Assembly: GCA_040289115.1 (NCBI GenBank)
Contig: PSKS01000001.1
Location: 16,081 to 80,080 of the forward strand
DNA length: 64,000 nucleotides
From: Chloroflexota bacterium
Lineage (GTDB): Bacteria > Chloroflexota > Dehalococcoidia > JAUQQI01
Reading direction: 5' to 3'
The translations under genes were made by a program, and so were the position numbers. Within the stretch, counting starts at the first letter, position 1, and each line of letters opens with the position of its first letter. The notes beneath the pieces were generated by a model. That model searched no databases. It worked only from the letters and a program-made list of their open reading frames with translations, and was not told the origin of the DNA. Of the stretch, positions 42,885 to 52,014 are shown piece after piece.

Positions 42885-44381
42885 TTGACCGAAGAAAATA
42901 CCCGCAAATTAAAGATTTTATTTTGCAGCGCCGAAGTCGCCCCGTTCGCCAAAACCGGTGGGCTGGCCGACGTTGCCGGCTCCCTTCCAAAGGCCATCGC
43001 CCGGCTGGGCCATGACATTCGGGTCATAACCCCCCGTTACGGCCGGGTGGACCCGGTCCGTTTCGGCCTCCGGCCGGTACTAGCGGAACTGCGGGTCCCC
43101 ATGGACGATACTTCCGAGCCGGTAGTGATCTATGAGGGGAGCCTTGGGGGGCTGGTCCCCGTCTACTTTGTCGATTCCCACAAGTATTTCCTGCGGGAGG
43201 GCATCTACGGCTATCCCGACGACGGCGAGCGGTTTATCCTCTTCAGCCGGGCCGCCCTCGAATTCGTAAAGCAGATCGGCTGGGCGCCCGACATCATCCA
43301 CTGCAACGACTGGCATACTGCCATCATCCCCAACTGGCTTAAGACCATCTACGCCGAGGACCCATTTTTCCAGAACACCGCCACCGTTTACACCATCCAC
43401 AACCTGGCCTACCAGGGAATCTTCGGCTGGCGGATCCTGGAGGTCGCCGGCATCGACGAGTACGGCTTTCTATATCCTGAGATCCCCGAGCTAGCCAACG
43501 TGGTGGACCTGATGGCCCGGGGGATTATCTTTGCCGACGTCATAACCACCGTAAGCGAGCGCTACGCCCAGGAGATCCTCACCCCCGAGTACGGCGAAAA
43601 GCTCGACCCCATCCTTCGGGACCGTAAGGACCGGCTCTTCGGCATCCTAAACGGCATCGACACCGAGGAGCTGAACCCGGCCACCGACCGCCACCTGGCC
43701 GCAAACTTCGACGTGGGCTCCCTCCACCGCCGGGTGGAAAACAAGCTGGACCTTCAGCGCCAGGCAAACATGCCGGTTAACCCGGATGTTCCCCTCCTGG
43801 GCATGATCTCCCGCCTCACCGACCAGAAAGGTTTCGACCTGTTGGGCCAGATAATCGACCCGTTGCTTCGGCTCTTTGATGTCCAGTTTGTCCTCCTAGG
43901 CACCGGCGACCCCCACTACCACGCCATGTTCCGGCAGGTCGCCGAGCAGTACCCGGATAAGACCGGCATCTTTCTGACCTTCAACGCCGAGCTGGCGCAG
44001 AAAATTTACGCCGGCTCCGACATCTTCTTGATGCCCTCCCGGTTTGAGCCGTGCGGCCTCGGCCAGATGATCGCCATGCGCTACGGCAGTGTGCCGGTGG
44101 TTCGGGAAACCGGAGGCCTAGCTGATACGGTTAAAGATTTCGACCCCCGAACCGGAGAGGGTAACGGCTTCACGTTTAAACAGTACGACCCCTGGGCGTT
44201 ATTTGGGGCCATCATCCGGGCTGTAGAAACCTGGAAACACCGGGACATCTGGCATAAACTGCAGATTCGGGGAATGACCCAGGACTTTTCGTGGGACCGC
44301 TCGGCCCGAAAATACGTCGAGGTCTATTTTAAGGCCCTGGAGTTCCGGGCCGCCGAAGTCCTTCGGGGTGGGCAGCGGTGA
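42885..44381 (+). CDS. glgA: Glycogen synthase
   Basis: KTGGL, HCNDWH, TIHNLAYQG, RLTDQKG and PSRFEPCGL motifs. Start re-called to TTG 42885 with a GGAGG SD and TGnTATACT upstream. Confidence 0.95.
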   Translation: MTEENTRKLKILFCSAEVAPFAKTGGLADVAGSLPKAIARLGHDIRVITPRYGRVDPVRFGLRPVLAELRVPMDDTSEPVVIYEGSLGGLVPVYFVDSHKYFLREGIYGYPDDGERFILFSRAALEFVKQIGWAPDIIHCNDWHTAIIPNWLKTIYAEDPFFQNTATVYTIHNLAYQGIFGWRILEVAGIDEYGFLYPEIPELANVVDLMARGIIFADVITTVSERYAQEILTPEYGEKLDPILRDRKDRLFGILNGIDTEELNPATDRHLAANFDVGSLHRRVENKLDLQRQANMPVNPDVPLLGMISRLTDQKGFDLLGQIIDPLLRLFDVQFVLLGTGDPHYHAMFRQVAEQYPDKTGIFLTFNAELAQKIYAGSDIFLMPSRFEPCGLGQMIAMRYGSVPVVRETGGLADTVKDFDPRTGEGNGFTFKQYDPWALFGAIIRAVETWKHRDIWHKLQIRGMTQDFSWDRSARKYVEVYFKALEFRAAEVLRGGQR

Positions 44382-45454
44382 ACCGGTCCATTGTCGACCT
44401 ACCCGAGCTTATCGCCGCCCTGCCGACGGCCGAGCGCCGCCTCTTCGACCGGCTCTTCCGGGTAACCGTCTCAGTGGGGCAGCTTAAGCTGCCCCCCGAA
44501 ATGGAACCCTGGGTCGTTAAGACCTTCGGGGCCCTGGAGCCGGTCCTTTCCCAGAAGGTGGTCAAGGTAACGAATCTCATCACCCTGGAGACGACCCTTT
44601 ACAACGACCTGCGAGCCCGCCGGCCGATGGAGGCCCGGGTATCGGCCGATGTCCTGACCGAAATCGAAAAAAACGCCGGCGATCCCCTCTGCACGCCCCT
44701 GACCGGGACCCCCGAGGACATCTTCGGGCGGGTCGAGGGCAAATTCAGCCTTTCGGCCAGCAACGTGGCCAAGTACGACGAATTCAGCGGCCTGGTCGTC
44801 TTTAAAGAGCACAACCCCCTGGCCGTCGAGGCCGAGAAGGTCGTCGACTATCTCAACGTGGCCTGGGGCTGGCTCGAGGCCGCCCACCGCCTGGAACCTG
44901 AGGCCCGCTTCCCTTTCATCCTCTGGAACTGCCTCTGGAAGTCGGGAGCTTCCCTCATCCACGGCCACCTGCAGATGGTGCTCACCCGGGAGCTCCCCTA
45001 CGGCAAGGTTGAGGCCCTGCGGCGGACCCTGGCTGATTACCGGACCCGGTTTGAAGCTGACCTTCTGGCGGACCTATACGCCGTCCACGAAGCCCTGGGC
45101 CTGAGCCTGCCCGCCCGCAACGGCGTCCGGAGCTTCGTTTACCTGACGCCCCTTAAGGAGCGGGAGGTTTTCCTCTGGGCTGATCATCCCGGCGAGGCGC
45201 TCTGGTTCGGCCTGGGCCGGCTCCTTGAGGTCTACGTGCGGGAGCTGGGGGTTCAGGCTTTCAACGTCGGCCTCTATTTGCCGCCCTTCGGCGACCGGGA
45301 GGGATGGGAGGGCTTCCCGGCCCTGGCCAGGGTCGTGGACCGGGGTGACCCGGCCAACCGGACGGCCGACTTTGCCGGCATGGAGCTTTACGCCGCCAGC
45401 GTGGTCGCCTCCGACCCCTTCGAGGTGAGCCGGAGGTTGCGGGAACGGTGGTGA
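44378..45454 (+). CDS. Hypothetical GalT/HIT-fold nucleotidyltransferase or phosphorylase-like protein
   Basis: N...GASLIHGHLQ (HxHxQ) motif; GTGA coupling to glgA. Confidence 0.65.
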   Translation: MNRSIVDLPELIAALPTAERRLFDRLFRVTVSVGQLKLPPEMEPWVVKTFGALEPVLSQKVVKVTNLITLETTLYNDLRARRPMEARVSADVLTEIEKNAGDPLCTPLTGTPEDIFGRVEGKFSLSASNVAKYDEFSGLVVFKEHNPLAVEAEKVVDYLNVAWGWLEAAHRLEPEARFPFILWNCLWKSGASLIHGHLQMVLTRELPYGKVEALRRTLADYRTRFEADLLADLYAVHEALGLSLPARNGVRSFVYLTPLKEREVFLWADHPGEALWFGLGRLLEVYVRELGVQAFNVGLYLPPFGDREGWEGFPALARVVDRGDPANRTADFAGMELYAASVVASDPFEVSRRLRERW

Positions 45455-45464
45455 GGCTGTCAAC

Positions 45465-46244
45465 GTGGTCCTGCCCGAGCGGTTGGTAACGGTCGATATC
45501 GTGGTCCCCGTTTACAACGAAGAAAGGGTCCTGCGCCGCAATATTGAAACTTTAAGGTCCTTCCTCCTGGAAACGAATTTTCCTTACCGGTGGCAGGTGG
45601 TCATCGCCGATAACGCCTCCCGGGACCGGACCCTGGAGGTGGCCCGGGAGCTGGCCGCCGAGTACCCAGAAGTTCGGGTCTTGCACCTGAACCAGAAGGG
45701 CCGAGGCCGGGCCCTGCGGGCCGCCTGGCTCGGGAGCGAGGCCGATGTGGTCTGCTACATGGACGTGGACCTCTCCACCAACCTGCGGGCCCTGGAGCCC
45801 CTCATCCGGGCCGTGGCCGAAGAGGGCTACGACCTGGCCATCGGCTCCCGGCTGATGCCGGCCTCCCGTACGACCCGCTCCCTGAAACGGGAGGTGATCT
45901 CCCGAGCCTATAACCTGCTTATTAAGCTGATGTTCTTTAACCGGTTCAGCGACGCCCAGTGCGGGTTTAAGGCCATCTCCCGCCGGGCCGTTCAGGCCCT
46001 GGTGCCCCTTGTGCGGGACCAGTCGTGGTTTTTCGACTCGGAGCTGCTTTTGCTGGCGGAGCATTTCGGGTATAAGATTAAAGAGATTCCGGTGGAGTGG
46101 GTCGAGGACCTTGACTCACGGGTGAACATCCTCAAGACGGCCTGGGCCGACGTCCTCGGCCTCATCCGGGTCCGCTGGACCCTAAGCCCCTTCGGCCGCC
46201 TTAGAATCGGCCCGGCGGCCTCAGAACGCCGGCCCACCTCATAA
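45465..46244 (+). CDS. GT2 polyprenyl-phosphate glycosyltransferase (dolichyl-P-glucose synthase-like)
   Basis: VVPVYNEE, DNASRD, MDVDLS, DAQCGFKA and WFFDSE motifs. Confidence 0.9.
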   Translation: MVLPERLVTVDIVVPVYNEERVLRRNIETLRSFLLETNFPYRWQVVIADNASRDRTLEVARELAAEYPEVRVLHLNQKGRGRALRAAWLGSEADVVCYMDVDLSTNLRALEPLIRAVAEEGYDLAIGSRLMPASRTTRSLKREVISRAYNLLIKLMFFNRFSDAQCGFKAISRRAVQALVPLVRDQSWFFDSELLLLAEHFGYKIKEIPVEWVEDLDSRVNILKTAWADVLGLIRVRWTLSPFGRLRIGPAASERRPTS

Positions 46245-46255
46245 CCCTTACAACC

Positions 46256-47278
46256 ATGTCCGTCCTAGAACGCCTCCATGCCCGCTACGGCCCTGCCCTC
46301 GAGGCCGAACTCCGGTCGGCCGTGCCGGACGACGGGACCCTGCTTTCCCGGATGGTTAGCTATCACCTGGGCTGGGTTGACGCCGACGGTCGGCCGGCCG
46401 CCGCCGACCCCGGCAAGCGCATCCGACCCCTCCTGATGCTGCTGGCGTGCGAGGGGGTTGGGGGCGACTGGTCGGCGGCCCTGCCCGGGGCCGCCGCCCT
46501 GGAGCTGGTGCACAACTTCACCCTGATTCACGACGACATACAGGACCGCTCCCCCGAGCGGCGCCACCGGCCGGCCGTCTGGGTCCGCTGGGGGGTAAAC
46601 CAGGCCATCAACGCCGGGGACGGCCTTTTTGCCCTGGCCTTTCGGAAGCTGGCCGACCTGGCCGGCCGCGGGGTCAGCCCGGAGACCGCCCTGCAATGCG
46701 CCCGGATACTGGCCGAGGCCTGCTGGGTGGTATGCCAGGGGCAGGTGGCCGACCTGGAGCTGGCGGACCGCCCGACGGCAACCCTCGACGAATACTTCGG
46801 GATGGTCCGGCGCAAAACCGGGGCCCTCATCGGGGCGGCGGTGGGGATGGGAGTGCTGGTGGGGGGTTGTCCGGGGGCGGTGGCCGCCGCCCGGGAATTC
46901 GGGGAAGCCCTGGGGGTGGCCTTCCAGGTCTGGGACGACTACCTGGGCATCTGGGGGCGGCGGGAGGTAACCGGCAAGCCGGCTGGGGATGACCTGCGGG
47001 AGCGCAAAAAGACCTTACCGGTCGTCTGGGCCCTCGAGGCGGGATCCCCTGAACTTCGGGCCCGCCTGGCCGAGGCCTACGTCGCCGACGTGGGACCGGA
47101 TGCCGCAACCGAGCTGGCCGTCCGGCTGACGAACGCCGGGGCCGAGGCCTTCACCCGCCGGACGGCCGCCGAATGGGCCGGGCTGGCCGGCCGGCTCCTG
47201 GGAAACCTGCCCCTTCGGCCGGAAATTCGGGCCGATTTTGCCGACCTTATCGAGTTTATTTTCAGCCGGGAATTCTAG
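46256..47278 (+). CDS. Short-chain polyprenyl (type I GGPP-like) synthase
   Basis: GKRIRP, FTLIHDDIQD with an aromatic residue at -5, RKTG, FQVWDDYLG and KKTLP motifs. Confidence 0.9.
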   Translation: MSVLERLHARYGPALEAELRSAVPDDGTLLSRMVSYHLGWVDADGRPAAADPGKRIRPLLMLLACEGVGGDWSAALPGAAALELVHNFTLIHDDIQDRSPERRHRPAVWVRWGVNQAINAGDGLFALAFRKLADLAGRGVSPETALQCARILAEACWVVCQGQVADLELADRPTATLDEYFGMVRRKTGALIGAAVGMGVLVGGCPGAVAAAREFGEALGVAFQVWDDYLGIWGRREVTGKPAGDDLRERKKTLPVVWALEAGSPELRARLAEAYVADVGPDAATELAVRLTNAGAEAFTRRTAAEWAGLAGRLLGNLPLRPEIRADFADLIEFIFSREF

Positions 47279-47283
47279 CCGCA

Positions 47284-48078
47284 ATGACCCTGCGCGTCCT
47301 GGTAACCAACGACGACGGCATCTACGCCCCAGGCCTCTGGGCTCTGGCCCAGGAGCTGGTCAGGGAGTTCCGGGTCTATGTAGTTGCACCTGACCGGGAA
47401 CAGAGCGCCATCGGGGCGGCCATAAGCCTTAATCACCCCATCCGGGTGAACCGCCTGCCAGCCATCATGAGCGGTGACATGGAAGCCTACTCGGTTGAGG
47501 GGACGCCGGGCGACTGCGTCATAATGGCCATTAACAGCCTCTTTAAGGATGGCATCGACTGCGTGGTTTCGGGACTGAACGAGGGCTCCAACCTTGGTAA
47601 CGACGTGCTCATTTCCGGCACGGTGGGGGCCGCCCTCCACGGCTACTTCCTCGGCCGGCCGGCCTTTGCCCTCTCGATAAACAGCCTCCGGCCCGAAAAC
47701 GTCGAGCCTGGCGCCCGGCTGGCCCGTCTCCTCGTCCGGCTGGTGGCCCAGGGCCAGCTGCCCGAAAAGATCTTGCTAAACATAAACCTCCCCGACCTGC
47801 CCCTGGGGGAGATCCGGGGAATCGAGGTTACCCACCTGGCCCGGCGCAGCTACACCGATATCATCGAGGAGCATGTAGACCGCAAGGGCCGAAGCCTTTA
47901 CTGGATAACCCGGGGCAAGCCGGTCTGGGAAGAGGAGGCGGGTAGTGACATCTGGGCGATCCGCCAATCAAAGGTCTCCATAACCCCCCTCGAGGCCGAC
48001 GTGGCCAGCCGGGAACATATCGACCTGCTGCGTCGGCTGGCTCCTGACCTCTTTTCGGGCCTGCTTAACCTGGACTGA
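47284..48078 (+). CDS. surE: 5'/3'-nucleotidase SurE
   Basis: LVTNDDG, GTPGDC, SGLNEG, SGTVGAA and VSITPL motifs. Start re-called to ATG 47284. Confidence 0.95.
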   Translation: MTLRVLVTNDDGIYAPGLWALAQELVREFRVYVVAPDREQSAIGAAISLNHPIRVNRLPAIMSGDMEAYSVEGTPGDCVIMAINSLFKDGIDCVVSGLNEGSNLGNDVLISGTVGAALHGYFLGRPAFALSINSLRPENVEPGARLARLLVRLVAQGQLPEKILLNINLPDLPLGEIRGIEVTHLARRSYTDIIEEHVDRKGRSLYWITRGKPVWEEEAGSDIWAIRQSKVSITPLEADVASREHIDLLRRLAPDLFSGLLNLD

Positions 48079-48084
48079 CTGGCA

Positions 48085-48843
48085 TCAGTCCAGGTCGCCG
48101 AAGTGGGCCAGGACGATAACTAAGGCGACGATGGCCGCCGTTTCGGCCCGGAGAATCCGGGGCCCAAGGCTCACCGGGATGATGTTGTGGCGGCGGGCAA
48201 GCTCCACCTCTTCCGGCGCAAAGCCGCCCTCGGGGCCAATAAAGAGGGCCACTGAGTAGGGCCGGCGCAGGCCAGCCCCCGGCCCGGTGGCCTCCGCCAG
48301 GGCGGCCCGCAGGGGCCGGACATCCCGCCCCTCGTAGGGTATAAAGGCCAGCTCGTGAACGGATCGGCAGGCCTCCTCGAAGCTCACCGGCTGGTGGATT
48401 TTCGGCACCTTTCCCCGGCGGGCCTGCTCGGCGGCCTCGGTGACGATGCGCTGCCAGCGCTCGAACTTGCCCCGGGCCGACGGGTCCGGTGGCTCGGCCA
48501 CGCAGCGGGCCGTCACCATCGGCACAAACCCCACCGCCCCCACCTCGGTGCCCTTCTGCAGCAGCCAGTCGAAACGGTTGCCCTTAAGGAGAGCCTGGAA
48601 GACGGTGACCTTAACCTTGGGCTCGGTCTCAACTAGCCGGCGGCGCTCCAACCGCCCGGCGGCCCCGTGCCGGTCCAGCCGCTCCAAGACCACGTCGAAT
48701 TCCCAACCCGAATTGTCGAAGACCACCACCGAGTCCCCGGCCGAGAGGCGCAGCACGTCCCGGAGCTGGTGGGCCTGGGCCGGGTCGAACTCGACCAGCC
48801 GGCCCTTAATGCGCTCGGGCGGAACAAAAAACCGGTGGGTCAT
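48085..48843 (-). CDS. rsmE: 16S rRNA m3U1498 methyltransferase
   Basis: HQLRDVLR, QKGTEVG, EAAEQ, IGPEGG and LGPRILRAETA motifs. Confidence 0.95.
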   Translation of the reverse strand: MTHRFFVPPERIKGRLVEFDPAQAHQLRDVLRLSAGDSVVVFDNSGWEFDVVLERLDRHGAAGRLERRRLVETEPKVKVTVFQALLKGNRFDWLLQKGTEVGAVGFVPMVTARCVAEPPDPSARGKFERWQRIVTEAAEQARRGKVPKIHQPVSFEEACRSVHELAFIPYEGRDVRPLRAALAEATGPGAGLRRPYSVALFIGPEGGFAPEEVELARRHNIIPVSLGPRILRAETAAIVALVIVLAHFGDLD

Positions 48844-48851
48844 CGTTTACC

Positions 48852-49754
48852 TCAAGTCTCCCCAGGCCGGGTCAGCACTACCGCAGCCCAGTCCCCGGCC
48901 GTCCGCCGGCCGAAGGGTCGGAGGCCCAGGCCAGCGTAAAGGTCGGTCAGCTCGTCGGCCCGTCCGACCAGCAGGCCGGATATCACCAGCCGGCCACCGG
49001 GGCCCACCGAGGGGGCCAGGGCCGGGGCCAGCTCCCGAAGGACTGGGGCGCTCAGGTTGGCTAGGATCAGGTCAAAGGGCCCGGCCGGGCCCTTGAGGGT
49101 ACCCCGGACGACCTTAACCCGGCCCGAAAGCCGGTTAAGGCGCACATTCGACCGGGCTGCCTTAACGGCCAAGGGGTCGATATCCAGGGCCAGGACGGAG
49201 CCGGCCCCAAGCCGGGCGGCGGCGATGGCTAGAATCCCCGAGCCGGTGCCCAGGTCCAGGACCACCTCACCCGGCCGGAGGAGTTCGGCGGCAAGCTGCA
49301 GGCAGAGCTGGGTGGTGGGGTGCAGGCCGGTGCCGAAGGCCAAGCCCGGGTCGATGAGCAGCAGGAGGCCGTCGGCCGGGACCGGGGCCTCGGCCCAGGG
49401 GGGTGCGACGACAAATGGGCCAACCCGGTGGGGCTTAAAGTGCGCCTTCCAGGCGTGGGCCCAGTCTGCCTCGGCCAGGGTCCGCACTTCGGGCTCGGGG
49501 AGGTCAACCACCTGACGCAGGTGCCAGAGGGCCCGAAGCAGCCGGCCCAAACGGCCCCGGCCGTTTTCGGGCAGGTACGCCTTAACCACCACCGGGGCGG
49601 CGGTGTCCACTTCGTAACCCTCGCCCTCGGGGTCGGGCTTGATGGACTCCTCGATGGCCACACCGCCGTGGCCGTAGCGGCCCATGACCTCGGCAACGGC
49701 ATCGGCAGCCTCCCGGGGGGAGACAACCGAGACTTCAAGCCAGGTTGCGGTCAT
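48852..49754 (-). CDS. prmA: Ribosomal protein L11 methyltransferase
   Basis: DW...WK..F.P, IDPGLAFGTGLHPTT, DLGTGSGILA, ILAN and ISG motifs. Confidence 0.95.
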   Translation of the reverse strand: MTATWLEVSVVSPREAADAVAEVMGRYGHGGVAIEESIKPDPEGEGYEVDTAAPVVVKAYLPENGRGRLGRLLRALWHLRQVVDLPEPEVRTLAEADWAHAWKAHFKPHRVGPFVVAPPWAEAPVPADGLLLLIDPGLAFGTGLHPTTQLCLQLAAELLRPGEVVLDLGTGSGILAIAAARLGAGSVLALDIDPLAVKAARSNVRLNRLSGRVKVVRGTLKGPAGPFDLILANLSAPVLRELAPALAPSVGPGGRLVISGLLVGRADELTDLYAGLGLRPFGRRTAGDWAAVVLTRPGET

Positions 49755-49870
49755 CTTGAGCGGGTTCCCACCAACTATTTTGGCGGGTCGCGGCCGGCCG
49801 GCACAAGCCCCCCATTCGCCAGCCCAGGAGGTCCGCGCTCCAGGTGGTCCGTCGAGAATTAAGGCACACT

Positions 49871-50010
49871 AAATAAGTCGCCGAAAATTTTTTGTAGTAG
49901 TATTTAGGCAAGTTTTCTTGCCTGCTGGAGAACCTACCCCTGGTTAAAGTCCGACCGTTAAGCGACGAGGAGGGGTGGAGGCCGTCCGCCGTTTTTTGGC
50001 GAGCTTATTT
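49871..50010 (+). ncRNA. Candidate structured RNA element of unknown class
   Basis: Closing helix 49871-49887/49993-50010, hairpin AGGCAAG-TTTT-CTTGCCT (49906-49923) and helix 49934-49941/49971-49978. G.U wobbles favour the + strand. Confidence 0.35.
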
Positions 50011-50160
50011 CCCAAGCTGCCCTGCGTCTGGCCGCATCATACCCAAAACCTTTAACAAGTTGCAAGGCGCCGGGCCTTAGCCTTGAGATACCGGGCGATC
50101 GAGGAAATCCGCCGCCAGGCACTCGCAGCCCAATGGGAAGCCCGGGAATTTAGATGTTAA
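49975..50160 (+). pseudogene. Small 61-codon frame interrupted by one TAA
   Basis: GAGGAG then GTG: MEAVRRFLASLFPKLPCVWPHHTQNL*QVARRRALALRYRAIEEIRRQALAAQWEAREFRC*, with the internal stop at 50053-50055. Confidence 0.35.
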
Positions 50161-50196
50161 GCTTAATATTGACACCTTGGTAGGAGACGACGGTCG

Positions 50197-52014
50197 ATGC
50201 TCAAATCCCACAGTTGCGGCGAGCTTCGCCCGGCCAATGTCGGACAGGAGGTGACCCTGGCCGGCTGGGTTCACCGACGCCGGGACCACGGTGGCCTCAT
50301 TTTTATCGACCTGCGGGACCGGTCCGGCCTGGTCCAGGTGGTGGCCAACCCCCAAGTGGCCCCTGAGGCCCACCGGGCGGCCGACCTCTGCCGGGCCGAG
50401 TACGTGATTTTAGTGAGCGGCACTGTAAGTCGCCGGCCGCCGGGAACCGAGAATCCGAATCTTCCCACGGGCGAGGTTGAGGTGGTGGCCCGGACGCTCC
50501 GCATCCTTTCGGCAGCCCGGACCCCTCCCTTCCCCATCGCCGAGGAGCAGCCTGTTGACGAATACGTGCGGCTCAAATACCGCTACCTGGACCTGCGCCG
50601 GCCGAAGATGCAGGCCAACCTCATCCTCCGTCACCGGGTCATCAAGTTCATCCGGGACTACCTAGACGCCCGGGGCTTTGTGGAGATTGAGACGCCGATC
50701 CTTACCAAAAGCACCCCCGAGGGAGCGCGGGACTACTTGGTGCCCAGCCGGATCCACCCCGGCAAGTTTTACGCCTTACCCCAGTCGCCGCAGCAGCTCA
50801 AGCAGCTGCTGATGGTGGCCGGCTTTGAGAAATACTTCCAGATCGCCCGCTGCTTCCGGGACGAGGACCTACGGGCGGACCGCCAGCCCGAGTTCACCCA
50901 GCTCGACCTGGAGATGAGCTTCGTCGAACAGGACGACGTCTTAAACCTCGTCGAAGCTCTAATCACCGAGCTGGTTCAGACTGTAACGCCCAAGTTTAAA
51001 ATCCGGGTTCCCTTCCCCCGCCTCACCTTTCAGGAGGTTATGGACCGGTACGGTACCGACCATGCCGACCTGCGCTTCGGCCTCGAGCTGGCGGATGTGA
51101 CCGACATCCTGGCTGAGACCCAGTTTCAGGTCTTCCGCCAGGCCGTGGCCGCTGGCGGCCGGATAAAGGGCATACGGGTGCCCGGCCAGGCCGGCATCAG
51201 CCGGCGGGAGGTGGAGGAGCTGGCTGCCTACGTCCGGCAGTTCGGCCTTGGGGGGCTGGTAAGTCTGGCTGTGGAGCCTTTTACCGGCCGGGAAGGGCAG
51301 ATTCGGGTTGGGGAGCTGGGGATCCGGTCGCCGGTGGGCCGTCACCTTACCGAGGCCGAGTTTGCGGGCCTCATCGGGCGGTTCGGGGCCGAAGCCGGAG
51401 ACTTAATCCTGCTGGGGGCCGGGCCTTACCCGGTGGTCTCCCGGGGCCTTGCCGAGCTCCGGGAGGAGCTTGGCCGCCGGCTGGGCCTGGCCGACCCGGA
51501 CCTGCTGGTCTTCGCCTGGGTGGTGGACTTTCCGGCCTTCGAGTTTAAAGAGCAGGAGAACCGGTGGGATGCGGTTCACCACCCCTTCACCGCCCCCCGG
51601 GACGAAGACCTGCCTTACCTGCTCACTGACCCTGGTCGGGTCCGGGCCAAGCAGTACGACCTCATCTGCAACGGCTACGAGTTGGGGGGCGGAAGCATCC
51701 GCATCACCGACCCCGAGGTCCAGCGGCAGGTCTTCCAGGTGATGGGGCACACCCGGGAGAACATCGAGCGCCAGTTCGGCCACCTGCTAACCGCCTTTGA
51801 GTACGGCGTACCGCCCCACGGCGGGATTGCCATCGGGCTGGACCGGCTGGTCGCCCTCCTGGCCCAGGAACCTACCATCCGGGAGGTCATCGCCTTCCCG
51901 AAGACCAAGGATGCAGCAGACCTGCTTTTCGGGGCGCCCTCGGAGGTGAGCCCGGAACAGCTTAAGGAGCTCCACATCAAGGTCTGTCTGGAGGATTCAG
52001 AGCAACCACGATAA
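50197..52014 (+). CDS. aspS: Aspartate-tRNA ligase, likely the non-discriminating Asp/Asn type
   Basis: RRRDHGG (His at the ND position), STPEGARD, FRDEDLRADRQPEFTQLD and PPHGGIAIGLDR motifs. Confidence 0.97.
   Translation: MLKSHSCGELRPANVGQEVTLAGWVHRRRDHGGLIFIDLRDRSGLVQVVANPQVAPEAHRAADLCRAEYVILVSGTVSRRPPGTENPNLPTGEVEVVARTLRILSAARTPPFPIAEEQPVDEYVRLKYRYLDLRRPKMQANLILRHRVIKFIRDYLDARGFVEIETPILTKSTPEGARDYLVPSRIHPGKFYALPQSPQQLKQLLMVAGFEKYFQIARCFRDEDLRADRQPEFTQLDLEMSFVEQDDVLNLVEALITELVQTVTPKFKIRVPFPRLTFQEVMDRYGTDHADLRFGLELADVTDILAETQFQVFRQAVAAGGRIKGIRVPGQAGISRREVEELAAYVRQFGLGGLVSLAVEPFTGREGQIRVGELGIRSPVGRHLTEAEFAGLIGRFGAEAGDLILLGAGPYPVVSRGLAELREELGRRLGLADPDLLVFAWVVDFPAFEFKEQENRWDAVHHPFTAPRDEDLPYLLTDPGRVRAKQYDLICNGYELGGGSIRITDPEVQRQVFQVMGHTRENIERQFGHLLTAFEYGVPPHGGIAIGLDRLVALLAQEPTIREVIAFPKTKDAADLLFGAPSEVSPEQLKELHIKVCLEDSEQPR

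Noticed and set aside
49920-49990. Possible T-box riboswitch before aspS (CCGTTA, GGGTGGAG)
   Set aside because: It lacks the UGGN-ACC bulge, a recognisable stem I/specifier loop and a terminator.
49800-50110. Possible 6S RNA, tmRNA or RNase P RNA (GAGGAAATCC, CTCCACC, TCGACGG fragments)
   Set aside because: Only short isolated matches. There is no T-arm or CCA end, no complete P4 motifs, and no clear rod with a central bubble.
50140-50180. dif site or oriC in the AT-rich region
   Set aside because: No 28-bp XerC/D arrangement and no DnaA boxes.
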